Assembly (NCBI GenBank): GCA_964508305.1
Contig: CAZDSX010000001.1
Span: 43,388 to 107,387, forward strand
DNA length: 64,000 nucleotides
Direction of reading: 5' to 3'
From: an uncultured Bacteriovorax sp.
GTDB lineage: Bacteria; Bdellovibrionota; UBA1018
Positions 57,322 through 64,000 of the stretch are shown here, piece by piece. Within the stretch, counting starts at the first letter, position 1. Every line of letters begins with the position of its first letter. The notes beneath the pieces are model-generated. The model saw nothing but the letters and a program-made list of their open reading frames with translations, was not told the origin of the DNA and made no database searches. The position numbers and the translations under genes are program-made.

Positions 57322-59198
57322 TTGATCAACGCAACGGCGAGGGTGACGTCATCGTCGAGGTCCTTGCCCTTGTTGTGCTCCAGAAATTCCTTCATTAGAT
57401 TTTCGAGGACATTGCCGGGTCCGCCGCCCACTGACGACTCCACGTTCTTTCGAACGCGTTTTTTTCCGAACATCTCGCCCTCGAGGTTTTTCCCCTCTGT
57501 CAGCCCATCCGTGTACATGAAAAGCAGGTCGCCCGGTGCGACATCGATCGACTTTTCCTGGTAGGGCTCCACATCGCGCGCTTCGCCCACGCGCTGCCCA
57601 TCGGCGGTGAGGCTGTTGAGTTTGTAGGTTCCCGGGGAGGTGACCTTGAAGAGCCAGGGCGGGTTGTGTCCGGCGCTTGCGTAAGTGAGTTTGCGCTCGG
57701 TGAAGTCGATCACGGCGGCAAAAAAAGTCATCATGATCTGGCCTGATGCGGCCTCGTTGACCACGCGGTTGGTGAATGACAGCATCGCACCCGGAGAAAA
57801 GGTGAAGTCCGGATCCTCCTGGGCAAGCTTGTGCATCACGCTGAAACAGCTCCGTGCGGAAGCCGTGATCAGTGCGCTGGGCATGCCGTGGCCGGTGGCG
57901 TCGGCGATGAGCAGGACCATCTTGTCACCCACCTCGAAGAAGCCCCACCAGTCGCCACCGCACTGCGAAGCCGATTGGTAATGGCTCTGGATCAGGATTC
58001 GGTCGGTTTCGTGGCGTTTGGCGGGAAAGAGCGTCTGTTGAACGGTGGAGGCGATGGCGAGCTCATTCTCGAGGTGGACCTTCTTCATGCTCTCTTCGAT
58101 CAGCTCGCTGATCTTCCGAGACATCACATTGAATGAGGCTCCCAGTGCGCCAATCTCATCCTTGGAGCGGGACTTGAGCTCCAGGTCAAACTTCCCGGCC
58201 GCCACCTGCCGGGTGGCCTGGTAAAGGGCAAAGAGCGGCGCAGTGAGCGTCTTCGCGAAGAGCAGGGCAAAAATCACGGCGCCGGTGATGCACATGAGGC
58301 CGAGCAGGATGAATTTCTCGGTCAACGTGTAGGTGGCGCTCATGGCGTTTCGCCAGTCAGTGCGGGAAGTCACGACCAGCTGGAGGTCCGTGCGGAAGAA
58401 GCTCGCCAGGAACTTGGAGCTCGCGTCCTCGAACTCCCCGGCGCCGACAGCTGTCGGACTCTGGATCGCCTTGAGGAAGATGGGATCCTTTGCAAGGTTT
58501 GCCGCCGAAAACAGGACCGTGGAGTCCGAGTCGTGAAGCACGAACCCGTCGCGGTTTGCGATGCTCACGCGGGATCCCTTGATTTCTTTTCCGAACCCCG
58601 CCAGCGAGATGTAGCCGATCGCAACCGGGATGGTGTCAGCCTGGGCGTTGTAGCCAAGGTCGGCGCGGATGATGGCCAGCAGGGGGTTTCGGCCGGCCTT
58701 GGACAGATTGACGAAGTAATAGGAGTCCTTGGTGAGGGCTGGCTGGATGATCTTCCACCAATCAGGGGAGATCTTCATGTCGGCTTCCGTGAACTCTGCG
58801 GCAGCAAGCTTGGACTCGAGCGGAAAGTTCCGGACCGGCTGGTAGGTCCTCTCGGGTCCGGCGAGCTTGCCCACTTCCGTCAAAAGGATGTCGGACTGGT
58901 TGTCGAGCACCGACTGGATTGCACGGGTATCGGCCGCCGAGAGCTCGCGCGCCGGATCGAACGAGGCGAGGATGAGCTGGAGCGTGGAGAGGCCGCGGGC
59001 ACTCAGGTTCACGAACTCACGGCCGGCCAGCACGTTTTCGGTGCCCTGCGACTGATAGGTGTAGGCTCGCTTGTCCTCGGTGAGCATCACGATGGTCGAA
59101 CCAGTGAGGAATCCGATCACCACGAGGAGGAGCGTGACTACGCTCAGCAGCAGCTTGGTCCCCAGCGAGAAGGAGATTCTAAATTGCTGTTGCTCCAT
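57318..59198 (-). CDS. membrane-bound HAMP-domain PP2C/SpoIIE-family serine phosphatase (RsbU-like)
   Basis: Start MEQQQFRIS (RBS aagg). TM + periplasmic sensor region + second TM. HAMP AAGKFDLELKSRSKDEIGALGASFNVMSRKISEL. PP2C region GGDWWGFFEVGDKMVLLIADATGHGMPSALI...MYTDGLTE. Confidence 0.8.
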   Translation of the reverse strand: MEQQQFRISFSLGTKLLLSVVTLLLVVIGFLTGSTIVMLTEDKRAYTYQSQGTENVLAGREFVNLSARGLSTLQLILASFDPARELSAADTRAIQSVLDNQSDILLTEVGKLAGPERTYQPVRNFPLESKLAAAEFTEADMKISPDWWKIIQPALTKDSYYFVNLSKAGRNPLLAIIRADLGYNAQADTIPVAIGYISLAGFGKEIKGSRVSIANRDGFVLHDSDSTVLFSAANLAKDPIFLKAIQSPTAVGAGEFEDASSKFLASFFRTDLQLVVTSRTDWRNAMSATYTLTEKFILLGLMCITGAVIFALLFAKTLTAPLFALYQATRQVAAGKFDLELKSRSKDEIGALGASFNVMSRKISELIEESMKKVHLENELAIASTVQQTLFPAKRHETDRILIQSHYQSASQCGGDWWGFFEVGDKMVLLIADATGHGMPSALITASARSCFSVMHKLAQEDPDFTFSPGAMLSFTNRVVNEAASGQIMMTFFAAVIDFTERKLTYASAGHNPPWLFKVTSPGTYKLNSLTADGQRVGEARDVEPYQEKSIDVAPGDLLFMYTDGLTEGKNLEGEMFGKKRVRKNVESSVGGGPGNVLENLMKEFLEHNKGKDLDDDVTLAVALIK

Positions 59199-59290
59199 CC
59201 TTATATTGTCCCTAAAATTTCGCATAACACAATCCCGGGTTTGCGCCCGGTCCATCATTTTCCGTACGTCAAAATGCCGAGGTAATCACC

Positions 59291-59755
59291 GTGGTCAATG
59301 TCATCAAGGAACAAAAGGGCAACATCGTCTCCGTCAGGATGGTGGGGTCGATTGAAGAAACGGTGGAATTTGAGAACCTGGTCGGCCCGGTGTCCGGTGA
59401 GGTCCATGTCAACTGCAAGGAGATCCCGCGCATCAACTCGGTCGGCGTGAAGGGCTGGATCAAGTATTTCCAGTCTCTTTCGGCCAAGGGCGTGAAGCTT
59501 CGATTCGTCGAGTGTTCGACTGCGATCGTCGAGCAGATCAACCTCATCTCCAACTTCGTGTGCGGCGGCTCTGTCGACTCCATCTACGTTCCGTTTTCCT
59601 GCACGGGCTGCAAGGGTGAGTTCATTGGCCTCTTCAAGACCGAGGACCTAAAGAAGCTCAACTATGCGATCCCCGACCTGAAGTGCGGAAAGTGCGGCGG
59701 CAAGGCCGTGTTTGATGACATCCCCGAGGAGTATTTTGGATTCCTCAACCGTTGA
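59291..59755 (+). CDS. STAS-domain anti-sigma-factor antagonist fused to a C-terminal Cys4 zinc-ribbon
   Basis: GTG start with GAGGT RBS. STAS phospho-Ser motif VNCKEIPRINSVGVKGWIKYFQSL. C-terminal CTGC...CGKC ribbon. Confidence 0.6.
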   Translation: MVNVIKEQKGNIVSVRMVGSIEETVEFENLVGPVSGEVHVNCKEIPRINSVGVKGWIKYFQSLSAKGVKLRFVECSTAIVEQINLISNFVCGGSVDSIYVPFSCTGCKGEFIGLFKTEDLKKLNYAIPDLKCGKCGGKAVFDDIPEEYFGFLNR

Positions 59756-59807
59756 GTTTCATTGAACCCAGCCGGGCGAAGCGATCCCGTAAAGAGGACG
59801 GCCAAGA

Positions 59808-60782
59808 TTGGCTAAAACCTTAGTTCTCATCTCAGAGCAGGCCACTGATGCCCAGTTTGCCTCGCAGGTCGCGACCGAGGCGGGCCTCGCACTTCGCACG
59901 GTCAAGACCGCGCGCGATGGCGTTGGCCTGATCGAGTCGGAGGACGGCTGCGTGGTGATGCTGGATGCTTCAACAGCCGAGCAGTACGCTGCGTTTGAGA
60001 GCGAGGTCCAGGCGCGCATCGGGCTATTCTCATCCAAACTCAACGCCAACCTGATCCACTACCTGAGTTCCAAGGATATTTACGAGGTCCCTTACCTCAT
60101 CCAGAGCCCGCTTTTTGGCAGCTACGTGCACCGGAACTTCCAGCAGGACGCCCGGGTCGGGCACCACTACGGAAGGATCATCAAGGCAACCATCGGCGAC
60201 CGGGCGTTCGGCACGCAGTCGCTCGTTCGTGCGGGCACGAAGATCCAGAATATCAAGCTCCAGAAGACCTCCCAGAAGCAGGATGCCGTGGAGGCGGTGC
60301 GCGGATATCTGCTCGCACTCAAGTTCCAAAGCCGCATGGCCACCGTTGTCGCCAACGCAGTGGACGAGCTCCTGATGAATGCCATGTTCGATGCGCCGGT
60401 CGACCAGATGGGAAGGCATGTTCTCGACAGCACTTCGCGGGCGACCAGCATGATGCTCGATGGCCAGCGTGCCGTTGAACTCCATGTGGCCTATGACGGC
60501 GAATATGTGGCACTCACGGCAGTGGATCTTTTTGGGAGCCTCAACAAGGCAAAGCTCCTGGCCGCCATTTCCAAGATCTACACCGATGAGGAGTACAAGG
60601 TGCGCACTTCGGTGGCTGGTGCCGGCATCGGACTCGCCAGTGTTTTTCACTCAGGTGGAAGCTTCTTCTTTGCAAGCGAGCAGGGCTCGCGGACCGAGGT
60701 TACTGTTTTTTTCCGGCGCTGTGACAGCTATCGTGAGTTCAAGAGCCAGTTTAGGTTCCTCTCGACCCAATTCTATTTCTAG
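59808..60782 (+). CDS. receiver-like N-domain fused to GHKL (RsbW/SpoIIAB-type) serine-kinase/anti-sigma-like domain
   Basis: N-terminal LVLISEQATD...VVMLDAST (REC-like). C-terminal N-box-like ATVVANAVDELLMNAMFDAP and G2-box-like AGAGIGLASVF. Confidence 0.45.
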   Translation: MAKTLVLISEQATDAQFASQVATEAGLALRTVKTARDGVGLIESEDGCVVMLDASTAEQYAAFESEVQARIGLFSSKLNANLIHYLSSKDIYEVPYLIQSPLFGSYVHRNFQQDARVGHHYGRIIKATIGDRAFGTQSLVRAGTKIQNIKLQKTSQKQDAVEAVRGYLLALKFQSRMATVVANAVDELLMNAMFDAPVDQMGRHVLDSTSRATSMMLDGQRAVELHVAYDGEYVALTAVDLFGSLNKAKLLAAISKIYTDEEYKVRTSVAGAGIGLASVFHSGGSFFFASEQGSRTEVTVFFRRCDSYREFKSQFRFLSTQFYF

Positions 60783-60791
60783 GAAGACCCC

Positions 60792-61424
60792 GTGAAGACC
60801 CGCTTTGTCCTCGCCTCGAGTTCACCGCGAAGAATCGAGCTTCTCAGGGGAGCTGGAATCCAGGCCGTTTCGATCTCCCCGGACTGTGATGAGACCCCGG
60901 AGGCGGGTGAGGCGCCGCGGGCGCTTGTTCGGAGGCTGGCGAGGGCCAAGGCGGAGTCGGTTGCAAACAGCCTGTCCCCTCCGGCCGGCGAGCGGGTGCT
61001 GGTGATTGCGGCGGACACCATTGTCGTGGAGCCGGCAAAAAAGCGGATCCTTGGAAAGCCGTCGGGCAGGGGCGAGGCACTTGCCATGCTTTCGCTGATC
61101 TGCGGGCGGACCCATGAGGTACTCACTGGTTACTGCGTGGTTGAGCTTCGCGGGCGGGAGCGCAAGGGAGCCCGCAAGCGTGTGACCGGCGTGGTGAGTA
61201 CCCGGGTCTCGATGCTGTCCCTCACTCGGCGCCAGATGCTTGATTACATTTCAACAGGAGAGCCCATGGACAAGGCCGGAGCCTATGCCGCCCAGGGTCT
61301 CGGGATGAACTTCATCTCTTCCATTCGTGGGAGCTACACCAATGTGGTGGGGCTTCCGATGTCCCAGCTGATGGAAACCCTGTCCAAACAGTTTGGGGCC
61401 AGCCTCCGGATGAAGAATAAATGA
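60792..61424 (+). CDS. maf: Maf-like nucleoside triphosphate pyrophosphatase (septum formation protein)
   Basis: FVLASSSPRRIELL...ADTIVV...ILGKP, MDKAGAYAAQG matches the Maf family. Confidence 0.85.
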   Translation: MKTRFVLASSSPRRIELLRGAGIQAVSISPDCDETPEAGEAPRALVRRLARAKAESVANSLSPPAGERVLVIAADTIVVEPAKKRILGKPSGRGEALAMLSLICGRTHEVLTGYCVVELRGRERKGARKRVTGVVSTRVSMLSLTRRQMLDYISTGEPMDKAGAYAAQGLGMNFISSIRGSYTNVVGLPMSQLMETLSKQFGASLRMKNK

Positions 61425-62071
61425 TCGAGCGCTACCGTGAGATCAGCTCGGCTGTCCTTGCGGGTTCCGCAAGACTGGTTGCTGTCAGCAAGGGCCAGCC
61501 GTTCGAAAAAATAGCCGAGCTTTACCGGGCCGGACAGCGAGACTTCGGCGAAAACTATGTCCAGGAGCTCTCCGAAAAGGCCTCGCTGGCACGAGAGGCG
61601 GGATTCACGGAAATTCGATGGCACTTCCTGGGCCATCTGCAGACCAACAAAGTCAAGCAGCTGCTCCCCCTGGTCTTCATGATCCACTCGGTGGACTCCA
61701 GTCGGCTTGCCGAGGAGATCTCCAGGCGCGCGGTATTGGCCGGAGCGCACTGTCCCGTCCTGATTGAAGTCAATGTTGACGGTGAGGACACCAAGTCAGG
61801 CGTGGAAGCCGGGGAGCTGGGGCAATTTTTGTCGGGTCTTGCGGGTCTTCCCGGAATCGAGGTTCGCGGCCTCATGTGCATCCCTTCGAGGGAGGGGGGC
61901 CTAACGGGTGCCGCATTTCGAAGGCTTCGCGCGCTGCGCGATGAGCACCGATCCCGGCTCGGACCCGGGGAGCTTTCCATGGGAATGAGTGAGGACTACC
62001 CCGTTGCCCTTCGCGAGGGCACGACCTGGGTGCGCGTGGGAACTGCTCTTTTTGGTCCCAGAAATCACTGA
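61421..62071 (+). CDS. yggS: YggS-family PLP homeostasis protein
   Basis: LVAVSKGQP (PLP Lys), IRWHFLGHLQTNKVK, ELSMGMSEDY match YggS/PROSC. Confidence 0.85.
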   Translation: MIERYREISSAVLAGSARLVAVSKGQPFEKIAELYRAGQRDFGENYVQELSEKASLAREAGFTEIRWHFLGHLQTNKVKQLLPLVFMIHSVDSSRLAEEISRRAVLAGAHCPVLIEVNVDGEDTKSGVEAGELGQFLSGLAGLPGIEVRGLMCIPSREGGLTGAAFRRLRALRDEHRSRLGPGELSMGMSEDYPVALREGTTWVRVGTALFGPRNH

Positions 62072-62094
62072 TTTTATGCTAGCCCTGTGGTCGG

Positions 62095-62171
<77 letters not shown>

Positions 62172-62235
62172 CTTCCTTGGGTTGAGGTAGCTCAAACACC
62201 CCCAGCCCCAAAACCCCAGCACGGAGAACCAGCGC

Positions 62236-63783
62236 ATGGCGTCGCCCAAGTTCAAGTCCCTCTTCAAGAAAAAGAACCTCGACCAGGTGATTGCCGAGGC
62301 ATCGGATCCCCAGATCGCCGAAGGCGGTCACGGACTTAAGCGAAGCCTGAATGCATTCAACCTCACCATGCTGGGTGTGGGTGGGATCATTGGAGCCGGT
62401 ATCTTTTCGCTTACGGGAGCGGCTGCGGCCAATTATGCAGGCCCAGGAATTGTCTTTAGTTTTGTGATCGGAGGGATCCTTTGCGCCCTGGCAGGCGTCT
62501 GCTATGCCGAGATGGCAGCAATGGTTCCCGTTTCGGGATCCGCCTATGCCTACTCTTACGCCACCATGGGTGAGCTCATTGCCTGGATCATCGGCTGGGA
62601 TTTGGTGCTGGAGTACGCATTTGGTGCAGTGACCGTTTCGGCTTCGTGGTCGGGATATGTTTATTCGCTGCTCCACAAGACACTCGGAATCAATTTTCCA
62701 GACTGGGCGATCCGCCTGACCAAGGGTCCCTGGGAGCAGGTGGTGTTGAATGACGGATCCAGTGCCTTCGGCATCTGGAACCTTCCGGCAACCGTCGTTT
62801 CGCTTATCGTAATGGGTGTCCTTGTGCGCGGCATCCGGGAGAGCGCGCTGGTCAACAACATCATCGTCGTGATCAAGGTCAGTATCATCCTGTCATTCAT
62901 TGGCCTGGGCTGGGCTGTGATCAATAATGCCAACTGGATTGCCGATGCGACTGCAAATGGAATGATGCAGCTCATCCCCCAGGCCAAGGAGCTGGTCCGC
63001 GACGGGCGTACTTTCATGGCCTATGGGCTTCCAGGCGTACTGACGGGAGCAGGGGTGGTGTTCTTCGCATACATTGGATTCGATGCCGTCTCGACGACGG
63101 CACAGGAGTGCAAAAATCCGCAGCGTGACCTTCCGATCGGGATCCTTGCCTCGCTCGTGATCTGCACGGTCCTCTATATCCTGATGGCGCTAGTGCTCAC
63201 GGGAGTGGTGCCTTACGCCGAGCTGGGCGTGCCCGATCCGGTTGCTGTCGGGATCGATCGCATTGTCGCCCTTCGCGGCTGGTCGGTTGAGGCACAGAAG
63301 ACCTTCACATTTCTCGTAAAAGTGGGCGCCATTTCGGGCCTCACCTCGGTGATCCTTGTCCTCATGATGGGACAGACCCGCATTTTCTACTCCATGTCCC
63401 ACGACGGACTGCTTCCGTGGTTCCACAAGGTGCACAAGCAGTTTGGGACTCCCCATGTTGCCACGGTGGTTACGGGCATCTTCGTGGCGCTCTGCGGAGG
63501 GCTGATGCCCATGAGCCTCGTGGGTGAGCTCGTGTCGATCGGCACACTGCTGGCCTTCGTGCTGGTGTGCATCGGGGTGCCGATCCTCCGTGTGACCCAT
63601 CCCAATGCCAAGCGTCCGTTCAAGGTGATCGGTGCTTGGCCCGTGGGGCTGGCCGGCGCAGGGGCCTGCCTTTGGGTCATGTCGGGGCTTCCCCTGGATA
63701 CCTGGATTCGAATGATCGTGTGGCTGATGATCGGGTTCGTGGTCTATTTCGCCTACGGCCGAAAGCACAGCAAGATCCAGTGA
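62236..63783 (+). CDS. APC-superfamily amino-acid permease (cationic amino-acid transporter-like)
   Basis: About 12 TM helices. FNLTMLGVGGIIGAGIFSLTG, AEMAAMVPVSGSAYAYSYATMGELIAW, YIGFDAVSTTAQECKNPQRDLPIGI are conserved APC blocks. Confidence 0.85.
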   Translation: MASPKFKSLFKKKNLDQVIAEASDPQIAEGGHGLKRSLNAFNLTMLGVGGIIGAGIFSLTGAAAANYAGPGIVFSFVIGGILCALAGVCYAEMAAMVPVSGSAYAYSYATMGELIAWIIGWDLVLEYAFGAVTVSASWSGYVYSLLHKTLGINFPDWAIRLTKGPWEQVVLNDGSSAFGIWNLPATVVSLIVMGVLVRGIRESALVNNIIVVIKVSIILSFIGLGWAVINNANWIADATANGMMQLIPQAKELVRDGRTFMAYGLPGVLTGAGVVFFAYIGFDAVSTTAQECKNPQRDLPIGILASLVICTVLYILMALVLTGVVPYAELGVPDPVAVGIDRIVALRGWSVEAQKTFTFLVKVGAISGLTSVILVLMMGQTRIFYSMSHDGLLPWFHKVHKQFGTPHVATVVTGIFVALCGGLMPMSLVGELVSIGTLLAFVLVCIGVPILRVTHPNAKRPFKVIGAWPVGLAGAGACLWVMSGLPLDTWIRMIVWLMIGFVVYFAYGRKHSKIQ

Positions 63784-63789
63784 GGACTC

Positions 63790-64000
63790 TCAGTTCCTGC
63801 GCATCAGCAGTGAGCTGTCGCCATAGCTGAGAAAGCGGTAGTTGCCGACAAGGGCGTGGTCATACACCTCCCGCCAGCGGGATCCCATCCATGCGGCCAC
63901 GAGCAGGATCAGTGAACTTCCGGGCTGATGGAAGTTGGTGATCAGCCAGTCGGCTGTCTTGAAGGAATAGCCGGGTACGATCATCAGCCGACTCCGAGAG
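63790..64000 (-). CDS. queA: S-adenosylmethionine:tRNA ribosyltransferase-isomerase QueA, C-terminal part (gene runs off the window)
   Basis: ...MIVPGYSFKTADWLITNFHQPGSSLILLVAA...YRFLSYGDS is the QueA C-terminal signature. The frame is open to the window end. Confidence 0.7.
   Translation of the reverse strand, partial: SRSRLMIVPGYSFKTADWLITNFHQPGSSLILLVAAWMGSRWREVYDHALVGNYRFLSYGDSSLLMRRN

Overview
This is a 64 kb segment of high-GC (roughly 60-65 percent) bacterial chromosome. Genes are densely packed, coding third positions are GC-rich, and there are no obvious mobile elements or CRISPR arrays. The gene content (flagellar basal-body genes, CsrA/FliW, PilT, BamD-like TPR lipoproteins, a DapL-type lysine pathway, an ETF-linked membrane FeS oxidoreductase) points to a Gram-negative bacterium, plausibly Deltaproteobacteria, Myxococcota or Bdellovibrionota-like.

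Layout, in order:
- 1-8.2 kb: flagellar block flgG(partial)-flgA-flgH-flgI, a low-GC gap, then flgJ(rod-binding only)-flgM-flgN-flgK-flgL-csrA-fliW.
- 8.2-10.3 kb: three overlapping TPR genes on the minus strand.
- 10.3-15.8 kb: an arginine/ornithine succinyltransferase-like module (class-III aminotransferase, M20 amidohydrolase, astA, astD) with no astB.
- 15.9-17.6 kb: cspA and a Gln-rich secreted protein.
- 17.9-23.3 kb: a 3,5-diaminohexanoate / lysine-aminomutase cluster (kdd-kamD-kamE) followed by a MoxR AAA+ ATPase and a VWA protein. This is the best candidate for an undescribed accessory system.
- 24.3-33.4 kb: a long minus-strand string of OMP, lptM, lysA (in-frame amber codon), dapA, dapB, dapL, etfB, etfA and an ETF-linked membrane FeS oxidoreductase.
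- 34.5-41.7 kb: deoxynucleoside kinase, LysM lipoprotein, secreted proteins, peptidoglycan-recycling genes (amgK, murU, anmK), a small ferredoxin gene missed by the ORF track, and a PilZ-like membrane protein.
- 42.6-49.8 kb: GAF protein translationally coupled to pilT, degP, clpB, tRNA-Gln.
- 49.8-55.6 kb: lipocalin, ppx, a convergent ppk1-sixA-like operon, FNR-like reductase.
- 55.7-60.8 kb: FecR-like protein and a partner-switching module (HAMP-PP2C phosphatase, STAS+zinc-ribbon, REC+GHKL kinase).
- 60.8-64 kb: maf, yggS, tRNA-Arg, an APC amino-acid permease and the 3' end of queA.

All protein identities come from motif and family recognition by eye. No database search was run.
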